This document shows positions 29,901 through 44,900 of a DNA stretch of 64,000 nt, piece by piece; positions within the stretch are counted from its first letter, which is position 1; the number at the start of each line of letters is the position of its first letter. The notes under the pieces are model-generated. The model had not been told where the DNA came from. It searched no databases and saw nothing but the letters and a program-made list of their open reading frames with translations. The stretch is from contig NC_087249.1 in NCBI RefSeq assembly GCF_037042905.1, positions 34,410,001 to 34,474,000 of the forward strand, given 5' to 3'. The DNA is from Lytechinus pictus (taxonomy: Eukaryota). A program made the translations under genes and the position numbers.

Positions 29901-32900
29901 GGAAATCTCCACAAGCATATAAAATATATAGGAATGGAGATTATGATTCTACATGTATATGATGTATTCATTCAGTGTAAGATCATATATAACAATATAG
30001 AAAAATCATGAAAATGTAGTTCACATTCTCCTTCTGAATTCTACCATTAATAGTAAGTCTATGGTCGAGTGGTCTAAGCAGGGGTGTATCCAGTCTTCGC
30101 CAATAGGGGGGCCCGGAATTTTTTTCAGCAATATTTTTTCCGATCGGCCACTCGAAGATGATTTTTGGTTTCTGTGAAGGGGTAGTCCTGATAGTCACTT
30201 CTTAGCTTTATTTATCATAATCTTTATTTATATAATGCGAGCGCAAAGCGCGGGCTAATTTTTTTTGGAAATCTTCTGTATTTTTTCCCTAAAATTTGAA
30301 CATTCTGTGCAATGTTTGTTTTCCTGAATAAGATGTGTATGCAACTAAATAATTACTACGAACGCGAAGCGCGAGCAGAAAAGAACTGATGGAAAAGGTA
30401 CCTATTAAAGACTGCATGATGCAGTTAGCCATGAAGACGTTACAGATTTTTTTTAAATCAAATAATGCGAGTGCGAAGCGCGAGCTGAAAAGTTTTGACA
30501 TTTCTACATAAAGAATGGAAAATTTTAATCAATTTTTGTAATCGTGAACATGAAAGCTATATAACTGAACAATTGATGCGAGCGCGAAGCGCGAGCGGAA
30601 AAAATTCGAGATTTAGACCTAAAAACAAGCCGCTCTATTTATGCTTTGTAAATTATGAAAAGAATGAGTACCGGTAATAGGGGATCTTCCTACATTAATA
30701 ATGCGAGCACAAAGCGCGAACAGAAAATTTTTGATATTGTGATCTGAAACTGGATGATTTAAATAGAGAACAAGTTGAGTATCTGAATAAACATGCGCGT
30801 GTTCAATATTTAGACCTAGAATTTAGGCATTCTAAACACATCTTTTATCATGAAAATCAAACCGAGCGCGAAGCGCGAGCTTAAACTATTTGATATTCCG
30901 ATCTGAAATCTATATAGATCTATAGATCTCTATATATTAAGCACTTTGTAGGAAAATTGTGAGGTGGGTATGGATCGCACTTAATAAAGAGCTGATATTT
31001 TTAATTATAATTACTTTGAGTTTTGACATAGGACCAGGAGGCCGTTTCATAAAGCTCTTCGTAAGTTAAGAGCGACTTTAAGAACGACTGGTGAACCCTT
31101 CTTACGCGCTAAACCATCGCCAATTCAATATGCCATTTACGACAAGAAAGGATCACCAGTCGTTCTTAAAGTAGTTCTTAACTTACGAACAGCGTTATGA
31201 AACACCCACCAGGACATCCTTCTAACATTTCATAAGAAAATGATGACTGTCTTCCTATTCCTCTTGCTAAGCCCGAGATGAAACAAAGGGACAATTCAAT
31301 TATCAAATTAATATCTTATTATTAATGCCTAATGATGTCACAAAATCTGATGATCGTATGGCCTGAAAACGGGACATTTCAAGCACTTTTGAAATTATAA
31401 ATAGGATGCATCAGTTAATATATTTTTAACCATTAATGCGAGCGCAAATTGCGAGCCTAATTTTTTTATACACTGTCATGAAAAGGGGATTTTAAGTAGT
31501 TTGTTGTATTTAATCAATATTGAGACATACATAACTCGCCAATCAAAATGCAAGCGTGCAGAGCTAGCTAATACGTTTTGACAATCAGACCTGAAAAGCA
31601 ATATTTTGAAAACTTTATGGAATACACGAAAATAATAGGTACCTGATGAATCGAAATTTGCGAGCCGCAGCACGAGCAGAAAATGTTAATATTCAGACCA
31701 TAAAACTGACATTTATACAGAGCATTTAAAAAAAATCAATTTGTAAATCACACAAAATAATTAAAGTTCGATTTCCGAGATGAAATATGTTTTGTATATT
31801 GACTTCCAAACTTGATATTTAAACTCCATATTGGGCAAGATATGAAATCACCTAACAGGCGATGCGAGCGCAAAGCGCGAGCGAAAATTTTATATAGTGA
31901 CATGAAAGATTAAAAAAAAAATGTTTCCAAGCCTTCCCCTCATCTTATTTCATTCACTCGTCTTCCTCTTCTTTTTTCTCCTCTCTTTCTATTTTTTTCT
32001 TTCTTTCATTTTTTTCATATTTTGCTCCGCCAATAGGGGGCCCGGGCCCCCCCCTGGATCCGCCTATGTCTAAGGCACCAGACTACACCATGAAAGTACA
32101 CTTTTTTCTTGGTAAAAAATAGAAACTCAGGTGCTCAGACTGATGCAGAGGTATATACCTTACCTTTTTCAATTGTATATGCAACAATTACCTCAATGGT
32201 TTCTAAGAAATGCCAGTCATTTTAATAGCTTTCTTTTTGAAAAAGCAAGAAATAATAAAGCTTCAATGTACGCCATGCTTGAAAGCACCCAGCAGACAGA
32301 GGAGCAGAGTGATCAGTGCAGCAAGAGAGATGGGGGTAAACCAAGACTACTTTAAGCTTACCATAAGGCTTTTTCATAAGTGGGACAAATTGTGACATGA
32401 ATTTTCTACCATGGATATCTCGATATATAAATTACTGCCAAGTCTGTAATGCTGAGACAATCCCTGTTTGCAGTCTATGCAATTATGATTTTATTACCTG
32501 GAACAGTAAATCTGATTTTTAATCTTGGACAAAATAACTGTGGAGAGGAAAATTGCCACTGATTACCAAAACTCAATACTGCAAATAAGCACAATAAAGA
32601 ACAGAATGTACAGGGTTCATCCCTAAAATGAATTAGTGGAGTTGACAATAAATGAGCTGAATTACAGCTTTAAAAGTGTTGAATGAAAGATAACCTAATT
32701 ACCTAAATTGTGTTTGTACAAGTGCACATTTTGTAAAGATAGGTTATTTGTTTTATCTCTGAGTTCTAAGAAAATCAAATGCTCTTATTTACTCAATGAC
32801 CAATCAAGGATAAATGTTTTTATTAACAGAAGTTTACAGCAGTGATAATGTTAAGGCCCTTCATTCACTGAAGGGCACTATAACACATACATCTGTTGCT

Positions 32901-35900
32901 TTAGGGGCATATCATCAATGCATAGATCTCTTGCAAAACAGTAGGCCTTTTATATTTGCAGCGTGTCTGTGATATGTATTTTACTATTCTCATTATGAAA
33001 TATTCACATTGAACATATCAGGCATGATTATCAAGTTTCTCCAAAGAGCTTTTTTACATTCTTCATGACTAAAAATATTTTCTCTCCGAGATGCATGCAT
33101 AAAATAATGTGTCTAATGATTTAAACAGCATCAACAAGAAAAATCTTTCAAATTTTCTGAGAAAACAAAATCTTATAGAATTTTGTAACTTATATCATAA
33201 GGAGCTGCTTACGTGTGACATGACAAGTAGAAAAAAATGTAATGCTGTTATTTCATGAAGTATTTTTGCCAAGCCTAATGAATAAAGATGTCTCTCTATT
33301 TTAAAGCTTTTATTATTAAAACCCCACATGACTTCAGGATAAATTCCTCTTTAATGTTCAGATAAAGGGGCTGAGTTTCTGAAAGGTATTTGAATCATGA
33401 ATCTTAATAACCATCAATGATGATCTATATCATTCATGAACACCTACAGTATCATTTACCCATCAAAGGATTAGTACTAAAAAAAACAAGACCCTAGTAC
33501 TTCTCAAAATCAAGATCATTAAAAAAAAAGAATAGGGTCAATCCACGTCAAATCAACCAATTTTCAGACAATTTGTCACCCTTCGAAATTTTGCTAATTT
33601 TAAGGCATTTTCAGCTATTTTTAGATCAATGTCAAGGTCAAAAGATAAAGATGTGACTTTATGTATTATTTGGATATTAAAATACAACCTGAAAGGAACA
33701 TGATTTGCAATTATCAGCTTAAAATCATCATTTGTGTTAAAATGACACATAAGTGAAAGTCGGTGTAAACAACCTCTAAAGATGGGAAATTGGCGGATTA
33801 AAGATTTTGGGTGAATTTCAGCCATATTTTCAAGGTCATTGTGTTGAAAAAAAGGAATTAATACTAGATCATCCAAGTACTTATTATGGACTACCAATAC
33901 TGCAAATATCAACATGATCAGGCTTTTAGTCTGTGAGAAAATCAAATCTGAAATGTGTTGTAAAACTCATAGGTGTTGTGAATATGCTGATTTTAAGCAT
34001 TTTCAGCTATTTTTAGATCAATTTCAAGGTCAAATGATAAAGATGTGACTTTATGTATTATTTGGATATTAAAATACCAGCTGAAAGGAACATGATTTGC
34101 AATTATCAGCTTAAAATCATCATTTGTGTTAAAATGACACATAATTGAAAGTCGGTGTAAACAACCTCTAACGATGAGATATTGGCGTATTAAAAATTTT
34201 GGGTGAATTTCAGCCATCTTTTCAAGGTCATTGTCTTGTAAAACAAATTAATTTATAATAGATCATCCAAGTACTCATTATGGACTACCAATACTGCAAA
34301 TATCAATATGATCAGGCATTCAGTCTGTGAGAAAATCAATTTTGAAATGTGTTGTAAAACTCACGGGTGTTGTGAATACGCTAATTTTAAGGCATTTTCA
34401 GCTATTTTTAGATCAATGTCAAGGTCAAAAGATAAAGATGTGACTTTATGTATTATTTGGATATTAAAATACAACCTGAAAGGAACATGATTTGCAATTA
34501 TCAGCTTAAAATCATCATTTGTGTTAAAATGACACATAAGTGAAAGTCGGTGTAAACAACCTCTAACGATGGGAAATTGGCGGATTAAAGATTTTGGGTG
34601 AATTTCAGCCATCTTTTCAAGGTCATTGTCTTGTAAAACAAATGAATTAATACTAGATCATCCAAGTACTCATTATGGACTACCAATACTGCAAATATCA
34701 ACATGATCAGGCTTTTAGTCTATGAGAAAATCAATTCTGAAATGTGTTGTAAAGCTCACGGGTGTTGTGAATATGCTAATTTTAAGGCATTTACAGCTAT
34801 TTTTAGATCAATGTCAAGGTCAAAAGGTAAAGATATTGCTTTATATATTATTTGGATATTAACGAAGAACCTGAAAGGAACAAGATTTGCAATTATCAGC
34901 TTAAAATCATCATTTGTGTTGAAATGACACACAAGTAAAAGTACCTGTAAATACAGTTTAGCGCCCTATAATCACAGAAAATCGACCTGATTTATTGTTT
35001 TTGATGATTTTCAGCTGTATTTTTCAAGGTCATTGCCAATTTGTCAAACTATTTGTGATGCATATCCTTTTAGTACTAATTACAGACTACCATTACAGAC
35101 AATACCAGTATTTGTTGGCTTTTCATTTCTGATTTATTGCAATTTGAAATGTGCTGATAAACCTTTATGTATCGTTTTACATTGGTTTAGGGTGTTTACG
35201 ACCATTTTCGAATGCGTAAACCAGCTATTAAACATTTCGGTCACAAACAATTTTAAGTATCCTATGAAAATATAGGTAATTGTCTATCAGTATACAGAAA
35301 TTGGTGTTGCTCCTTGATGGGACGAGGGGTGATCCGTGACCTTGAACTTGGCAACTTTTAGAAAAAATCCAACTTTGAGGGCGCCCTACAAGAGATCGAC
35401 GCGCACATTTAGGCCAATTTTTTGTAGGTCTGTTGAGCAAGTGGTAGTCTTCAAATATGCATACTATTGGGCTCTAAGCTAATTGAATTTGGAAGTTATG
35501 AGCTTCCAAACATGCACCCAAAATCACTGACTTGGACGCTTAACACCATTTTCAGTGACCTCGTGCGCAATAATGGCTGGTCAGATCCGTGCCATAATAT
35601 ACTGTGCATGTTAAGACTAAAAAGTTCTTCCAATTTACAGAAAATAAGCACTCTACCTCATCAAACTTGGTTGCAGCAGTCAATCAAAAATAGTAAATTT
35701 TTTTTGAATTTGGTTGTTTGGCCACGCATTGGTTGCTAAGGGAGGCCGTATCTTAGCAACCGTTTGACCTTGGGGCAAAATATTTCAGATTTTTCCGTCA
35801 GACACTTGGGGGAACATTTGGTGCGAGTTTAAAGAAAATCGAAGGGGGTCGGGTGACAAGCATTGGTTGATTTGACATGGATTGACCCAATAGGAAAGCT

Positions 35901-38900
35901 ATTGAAAACTGAGAATTCTCTGAAGCATAGCAAAGTCTGAAGCTCACAGAAACGCCCTGACAATAGGCTATCTAGTGAAAAGAACAAGAACTTCCAAGAA
36001 ACAAAAAGAAAGTAGAGAGAAAAGCATGAAATATGTGCATTTGTACCATCATTAACAGGAAACTTTCTAGAGCATGTCTGAAATGCCCTACAAGATCCGT
36101 CTAATGAGATGTTAAGTTATATTTGAGAAAAAGGCAAGTTAATAATCACAAAAAATTATTAATTCTTTGCTTGCCATGTCAAAGGTCAACTGTCCATATC
36201 ATTAAAGGTCATGTAGAGGTCACGACACTCACATACACGCACGTCAAAATTTCAAAATACTCAAAATCACTTTTTTGACCAAAGTAGAGTACATTTCAGG
36301 TCATTTTAAAGCATTTCAAAAACTTGCGCACACGCACGGTTACACGTGCGTTCTCGTGTGTATCGGCATTACGCAATACAGAATCACCTTTTTTTAATGT
36401 CAATGCATTTATGATATAATTCTGAGCAATTTGATAAATTGATTAACCTTTTACGATCAGTAATAAAGGAATTATTAACCCTAAATAGACTGGGCTATTT
36501 CGATGCCTAAGAAGACTGGGGGGGGGGGCTGATTCAGCCCCCCCGTATGATCTCGGCCGTCGACCGCGCGATCGCGACGTGCATTACCCATGGCATAATC
36601 TCCAAGACTGTAGGATCAAATTTTCCGAAAAATCTTATTATTCATTAATTATGCTAATTTATGCGTAAAATCAAAGATTTGCTCTAATTAACTAAATAAG
36701 GCCTCTAAACTGCTAATTTTTTATTCACAGACTCTTTGAAGGATTCTGATCAAATGTACTTTAAAAAAAATTCAATATCACAATTCTTTTCTTATGTATT
36801 TTATTGTTTTTAAAATTTCTTATGTATTTCTTTGTTTTTCGACTTTTTGTTTTTTATTGTTTTTTCAATGGAAATCGTCCGCTACTTTATTTTGACCCTA
36901 AACAAGATGAAATTAATTGATTTTGATTAGTAAAATTGAAAATAATGATACATTTAGGAATTTTGGCTAAAAACACAATTTGCATTGGATTTGTACACAA
37001 ATTCACGTTTTTGAGCAATTTCGGGTCGACATGCACTTACAAATTGTTGCGTAATTTCGGAACCACGTACCCGGGCGTCGCAAATTTGGTCTCAAAAGTT
37101 GCGCAAGACTTGAAAGAAAAAAGTCATGGAACGGCGCGGCGCCAGCTTTTCGCGTTAAAGATTTATCGCGAAAAATGTCGAGGGGGGGGGGGCTGAATCA
37201 GCCCCCCCCAGTCTTTTTAGGGTTGAACCTCCATAGAAGTCTACAGCACCCGCACACACGCTCTCTCACCATAGGCCATATATGTACAAAAACATTCTCA
37301 CACAAAATTCATTATAGCTCTTCAGAAAAAGCGTTGACCCCCAATTTTTATTTCATATTAGGATAGAGTATAAATCGTAATATGATTTCATGTCTTATTT
37401 GACCCTCAATAATGTCATGACGTCATCAAAATAGCGTTGGAATTCAAAATTGTCATTTTGCGTGTTATGACGTCATCAGAATTGTGCAAATTTGACTCTT
37501 ACTCTGTAAATATTGGTTGATTTTTGCCCAATTTTCGATATGTTGTAGGCGTGTAGCTGAGGGCTTACTCTTTCTGAATTATTGCCTTAATTTTTCATTT
37601 AAAGGAATGGATCATCCTGAAAAATGGCAATTTATAGAAGCATGTCATTTTTGCTCATTTTACGTGTTATCCCTATGAGAGATGACTTTTTCTCAAAAAC
37701 TGGATTCTACATTTCTCTTTTTCATGAGCTATATCTCCATTGCTTATTATCGGCTTTCCCTGAGCTTTGAATATGTTGTTGCTGAGATTCTAAGCTTTCA
37801 CAACTGTGCCCTTCATTTTCCGATCAGACGCCGGGATCATGCCCGTGTTTCACTTGCAAAATTGAGTTTCAGATTCTTGTATTTTGCTTATGTGTAAAGT
37901 CTATGGGAAATAGTGTAGCTAAATCGGTATGGCATCAGACTTACATCTCAAGTGGTCATGGGAGCACGGGTTCGAGCCCAAGGGTGAAAATGAGTATTTT
38001 CCGCCCTTTTTTTCCTTTTCATCATTTGGCACATGGTCCTTTATGACCATTATAAGGTATAAAAGTGAAAATATTGCACAATAAAAGAGATCAAAATCCC
38101 TTTCTTCATATACCTTTTCACACAACTTTCTCATTTCCCATTTTTCAAAAATTATCAACACATTCTTTTCAGAATAACAGTTCAGTTTTCATCATGATGA
38201 TCATATTGATCTGAATAAACATGGCGATCGTATTCATGATCATGAGAATCAGAGACAGATCACCTACATGTAATTTGTCCTCATGACAAATTAAAATTGA
38301 GTTTCTTATTATTTTTCTGCTATTTTTACACTAATCTGAATGTCAGCGTGTACTTCCCTTTAACATGGCACTCTAAAGAATACATACAAAAAGCCATATA
38401 ACAGTGCAGCAATGACATGGATACAATTAGGTGGAAGCACTGCATGGGCAAGCAGTTTGGATCAAAACTCTAGTATACCATGGATTGAATTCCTTCAACA
38501 TAGCACAAGTGACTTTTTATATTTTCCTATTTCATTTTTATCAAGGCAATGCAGCATGCCTTGTAATCGAGGAAAAGAAAGTGCAAACATTACATGCAGG
38601 AAAGTCGGATCCGATGACAGGGGAAATAATATCTTTGTAAGGTGCTTAGAGAAGTTGCTCTGATGTATCAAGGGCTACACAAAAGTGGAATAATATTATT
38701 ATATGACGTAAATCTGGTAACATGAACAAAGTACCATGCTCTTTCACCAGTCTACACGTTCACCTCCACTTTACAAGTTTTTATTGATCAAGGGTGTCAT
38801 TAACTGATCTTCACAACAGGATAAGAGTAAAATAATAACGGAAGAAGATGCTACATATCTCCAGACAGGAAGATGAGCTTCTATGTAGATTGGGCCCTCG

Positions 38901-41900
38901 CTTTTCTGGTACTGGAAACTGATTCGTTTGCAAGAGATTTGACACACATGTCGCAAATGGAAGCTTGAAAATGGTTTTAAGACATTGACCCAAGGATGAG
39001 TTCCTTCCACGCATTGAGTGCTGGTAGCGGCAGCTCAAGCTTAAGCTGGGGGAATACTAACACTAACAGTAAGAATGGGAGTAGTTATATTTAGATAGAT
39101 GGTGCTATATACATTGTAAATGCCTATGCCTAATATCATTATTATCATTTTATGGTGTGTGAGATGACTAGTAGAATAATACAACCTGCGAGTAATGTCT
39201 TGAGTGTATCAGAGACTGTAAAATCCCATCGATATTTGAATGGCAGTCATACATTGGAAAAAGATATCTCCTTAGCAAATATATTGTGTGGGGCAGTAAT
39301 TTAGTAATAGCAGAGAAGTGAATATTATTGGTGGTAAATGGGGATACACATCTATCTTTTTCAAGTATAGTCCGAAGTAACCCTGATTGACTGTAGACAG
39401 AATGCTGTCCAAGAAAAAAAGAGGAAAGTTACTCCGATAGGGCAAAAATATTATGAGAGGGGCCTGCTACATCTTGGTTTCTGTAACTCCAAACATGCAC
39501 CCCTGTGTAATACTTAAATAGCAACAGTAGAATATTGCACGTTGAGCTCCGATTGTCAAGTAAGCAGCCTCATGATGGTAATTCAAAAATGATCTCTGAT
39601 GGTTGCTAGCATACATTTGTTCAACCACAACTCTTGAGTCATGCAAACTTTTATGCAACCTTAGATTTTTTTAATGATTTTTATCACTTTTTTAAAAACC
39701 TTTTAATGATTAATGCAACCTTAGAGATATTGCGGGTTTACAAGAAGGCAACCAGTAAATATATCATGAAGCAAATGTAACAGTGAATTTCTTAGGAAAA
39801 AAAAGCTTGGCAAACACATGCTAAATACTGTGAACTGGATTGATCAACAGATTTACAATCAATGCATGGTTTTGTAGATTTGGATTTGCTTTGATTTTCA
39901 TGGTTTTCACTGTGTTTTTTTAGAATTCAATTTTTAGAATTTGTTTGGGCCTGAAAACTTGTGTTTTCTGTGAAATACTGTGAATTCCATGTTCTTCCTG
40001 AATTCCCTGAAAATTTTCCCTTTTCCAAATCAGGGAAAACTGGGACTTGAGTGTTGCACAGCCTGGGTAGAAATGAGAGATGATCAAGGAATCTTACCTT
40101 TTCTGATGTCCTGTTCCAGACAGTGACATCGTGACCTGCTTTGATTAGATTCATTGCCATACCAGTACCCATTAGACCAAGACCAATGAAACCAATCCTA
40201 ATAGAGATCATCAAAGGTGAGAGATGTAAAATTGTTAATCCAATTATTCATGAATATACATCAATCCATCTCAAACAACTGAGCATGCATATTTTTCTAG
40301 AAAGAGGACCAAATACCAGACACATTTTTCTTGAAAATGATCAAGGAATAGCAAGGTTCTTCTGTTTCTTTAAATTAATGCTTGAATTAATAAATTTTAT
40401 TAACTGAAGACATTTTACAGGCTAGCTGTTGGACTTACTCAACACTTCAATATTCTATCATCTTTCTGAGATAGTATTAACTTACTTTTTCTCTGTAGGT
40501 TTTATGTCTTTCTTTGCTGTTTCTCCTTTCTGAGCAAGATGGGCCTGAAAACTGTTGTACAAATTGAGGGACAGGAACGACATATCTGAACGGGACTTCT
40601 TACCAGGAGCTGCTGTACTTGCACCCGTACTCGGCTGAACAGGAAGGAGAAAGCAAAAACCACATAATTAATGGTAATTGTTTGTATAATAAAAGGAAAG
40701 GCATGCCACATGGTTCTATACCAAAGGTATGACAAAAACTGGTTAATTTTTTTTCTCCTTTAATTGTTAAAGAATGGTCAAATAAAGAAGGGGGGCTAAT
40801 GCCAATGATCTAACTATTGCTATTCTTATCAAGAGTGATAAATATTTATGTGTCTAAAGATAAGAGAAGAGGTTGATTCAAATTAAGAGTCATCTGCACT
40901 CTTTTCCTTTCTATTGCATAAATTTCATTGTGAAGGATTGACCAATTATCTAGCTATATACAGAGCTATAAATCTTCAAAACATGTGTTAATAAAAAAAA
41001 CAAGTGCACTGATATTTTGGCCAAATCAGTGCATGATATAAAAGATCGGTCAAAACCAGCTATGAACTATCTTTGATCAGTAGCTCTAAACTATCTCTGA
41101 TCATTATTTGATAAGTGTTTGTTTTTTCAGCATGACAAATCATAAACTCAAGTAGGGACAGTGCTTTCCGCGATCGCGGAAAACGGACGGAATTCACAGA
41201 ATCGGCCTTTTGAAATGGAAAGTGGCTTTTCAAACGGAAAATCACGGAAAACATGTTTTTCCTCAAAATGCACAGAATAGCAACAGAAATTACTCCCAAA
41301 TCCTCATCGAAATACAAATATCAACTGGCCAAAAACACGATCTCACTTCGCTACAACAATCCACACGTCGTGACTGCACTCGACTCCATCACAGATCGTA
41401 TCGAAATTACATTCACGTCCACATAGCGATTGAATATCTCTCAATGAACGTAGAATAAAGGCATAAACACGGCCGTGTGTTGCCGCCATCTGCTTCCGAT
41501 CATAATATCATGATCGCGGTACTTCTAAAATCCAAAATGGCGGAAAGGCGAAAGTTGTCGACTGCTCGAAATGATGTAAAACAAGTCCCAAAATCATCGA
41601 TAAAATATCAATCAACCTTAAAATAATACTAATAATGTGAAAGGTGAGGATGTATTCATGTTAATTATGTTTCTTTAAATAGTTTTTGATTCATATCTCT
41701 TCAATCACGATAGATTTTAAGCGTTGTTAGTACAGTGGCAGATAGAAAGTTTGACCAGCGGGAGCATTTTGACATCGCTCATGCATTGAGTATTGATTTT
41801 GTATGTAAACGGAATTGACACAAAGTCTACTCATGAATTGAGCTGCGATTTCCGCGCAAGCACAATTTGCGTTTGCGATGTTTTGGAATCAGCAGTAAAT

Positions 41901-44900
41901 TAATACGTGTGAGGAACGCGATACTGGCTCTAAATCACCAATTTTGAGACTAACCGAAGGATGGATATGGAGTGAAATTACATTGAAAAGTAAGAAGATA
42001 AGATTTTTATTCTTTTTAAGGTCGTTTGGTGCATGATTTTTACAATAAATATGCATTTAGTTCCACCTTTGTCATTCGGAGTATCAGAGCGAGTTCACCA
42101 TCTTGATGTTCGGGTAGGTGTAGCATAGTGTAGCGGTAGTGGAGCCTTCACTAACATCACTTGAGGTAGTATAAAAGTGACTTACGGTTGCAGAGTTATG
42201 CGTTATAACATTGACCTTAAAATGACCTTTGACCTTACCATGTGACCTCTGATTTCGCCATGATATGCAGGTCTCCTCAGTACATCTAAAAACCCAGGTT
42301 TGGGTGAAAAGTGACTTATGGTTGCGGAGTTATGTGTCATAAGAGTCTTGCACGTAAACTTTAACGTTGACCTGAAACTGACCTTTGACCTTACCATGTA
42401 ACCTCCGACTGCAGCATAACACACAGGTCCCCTAAGTACATCTACCATCCAAGTTTGGTTGAAAATTGACTCACGGTTGCGGAGTTATGTGTCATAAGAG
42501 AGTCTCGCACGTAAACTACAACGTTGACCTGAAAACAACCTTTGACCTTACTATGTGACCTCCGACTGCAGCATAACATGCAGGTCCCCAAAGTACATCT
42601 ACCATCCAAGTTTGGTTGAAAAGTGACTTACGGTTGCGGAGTTATGGGTCATAATGTTTGTGACGGACGGACAACATTTGGATCCCTTACGGTAGTCTTG
42701 CCTTCACCTCTGGTGGGCGAGATAAAAATGACTATCATCAGGTCCACACCTCCTTCCCCTCCTCATCTCCCTCTACCCCTTACTCCTCCCATCCTCTCTA
42801 CCCCTCACTCCTCCCATCTCTACCCCTTACTCCTCCCACCCTCTCTACCCCTTACTCCTCCCGTCCTCTCTACCCCTTACTCCTTCCATCCTCTCTACCC
42901 CTCACTCCTTCCATATCTACCCCTCACTCCTCCCATCTCTACCCCTTACTCCTCCCACCCTCTCTACCCCTTACTCCTCCCGTCCTCTCTACCCCTCACT
43001 CCTCCCATCTCTACCCCTTGCTCCTCCCACCCTCTCTACCCCTTACTCCTCCCACCCTCTCTACCCCTTATTCCTTCCATCCTCTCTACCCCTCACTCCT
43101 CCCATCTCTACCCCTTACTCCTCCCACCCTCTCTACCCCTTACTCCTCCCGTCCTCTCTACCCCTTACTCCTCCCATCCTCTCTACCCCTCACTCCTCCC
43201 ATCTCTACCCCTTACTCCTCCCTTCCTCTCTACCCCTTACTCCTCCCATCCTCTACCATTTACTCCTCCCACCCTCTCTACCCCTTACTCCTCCCGTCCT
43301 CTCTACCCCTTACTCCTCCCATCCTCTCTACCCCTTACTCCTCCCATCCTCTCTACCCCTTACTCCTCCCATCCTCATGATTCTCTTTCATCATCTACAT
43401 TTCTTCCTTCTTATTTTAATCTTCCTCTCATATCCCCCTTCTATTTCTTTGACATGTCCACTTCATATTAGCTTTTAGCTTCTTTAATCTAAACGTTAGA
43501 CTTTTTCATACTTTGAAACAAAGACTGCTCAACTTCTGGACAGCCAAAAACCAACCAAGACTAAAGTTGTGCAAAGTCTTAAAAACATTGGTTGGAAACT
43601 AAAAATAAAAAGTTTGATCTGCAAGATTTGCTACCAACCGCCAATCTGCCTGCTCAATCGTCTGCTGACTCCTATATACACCCCCTTCAAAATGTGTTCT
43701 GTGGGGATGTCACTCGGTTACCAGAAATTCACAACATATATGCTCATATTGAATAGGCGTAATGCAAAATGAATATGCCTACCCTCTTTTTGGGTGTTGG
43801 TTTCTTGGTCACCTCTCCATCTTCCAAGGTTTTAAAGGGCCTTCCCCGTTTCTTGGGGGATGCAAGTGGTGTATTGATCTTGGTGAAGGGGGAGCTGGAA
43901 TTTGACCCTTTCCTCGGTGAGCTACCAGGAGATGATGCTGACTGTGAGGAGTTTAACTAGAAAGAAAAGAGAAACAGAATTCAGATGTTATAACAATAGG
44001 AGGAATATAATTGGAAAGAAAATAGAAATGCAATTCAGATGTTTATATTCTTATTCAACATCAAACATGAATTGAATTATCAATTACCAAATTGTAGTTT
44101 CCCATTTGTATTATCAAAACTTGTGTGCATCTGAATCCATTGTCTATTCATCCATATTAGACATCTCCGTGTGTATTTTGTATTGACATGTACATGTAAG
44201 CAATACAAATTTCCACTGTAAACATTACTTATTGAATTGAATTTAATGACATAAGGATGAATTTAATAGGAAAGAGAAGAGAGAGATAGAATTCAGATAA
44301 CAGCAAATTTATGTTAAAATTCATGACTGAACATTTATACCATTGCCCCTCTTTGTCTATCTATCTATTACATCACAAAAACTCAGAATAACAATTCTCC
44401 CAAATAAAATATAATTCTCTACGAAAAAAAAATGTCTCACCTTCTTCTTCCCTGCCATAGGTTCTCTGGAATAATCTTTAGTTGGTTTGCTGATAGACTT
44501 CAAGAAAATATCATCATCGTCATCATCATCATCCGATGGAGGGTGGTATGGGGAAGTGGTCTGGCCCTATAGGGATGGAGAATTGAGAGAAAATGTTTGG
44601 AAAATTTATCTTTTCATCCTCCTTTTTTATTATATGTCTTAAATTTTAGTGATTACAAGGAAAAGTTACCTAAAGTGCACCTCCCTGCTGATATCATCTA
44701 AGACTTTACTATTTCAGCAAATGAACAGCTACTCCTCATATGTAGCCCTATATATCTACGAATTTATTATTCCATGATACTCAGGATTGGAAAACAAACA
44801 AAGTGAATTTGGATAAGGATTGCTACATACTGGTACAATAAAAAGAATATACTTTATATTTTCAAGGAAATTACACTTCAGTAAATTGTCAAGCTTTTAA

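Noticed and set aside
33553-34927. Repeated ORFs [12 protein letters not shown]...
   Set aside because: They arise from the 395-bp tandem array, with no domain signal and stops between units.
37911-37982. Functional tRNA gene
   Set aside because: A and B boxes are present but I could not build a cloverleaf or acceptor stem; it is treated as SINE-like.
41160-41990. CpG-rich segment starting CAGTG with a YY1-like AAAATGGCGG, a possible internal promoter or hAT end
   Set aside because: No matching second terminus or TSD was found, so it cannot be classified.
42623-43471. 282-aa and 120-aa Pro/Leu/Ser-rich ORFs
   Set aside because: Translation artefacts of a C/T-rich minisatellite.
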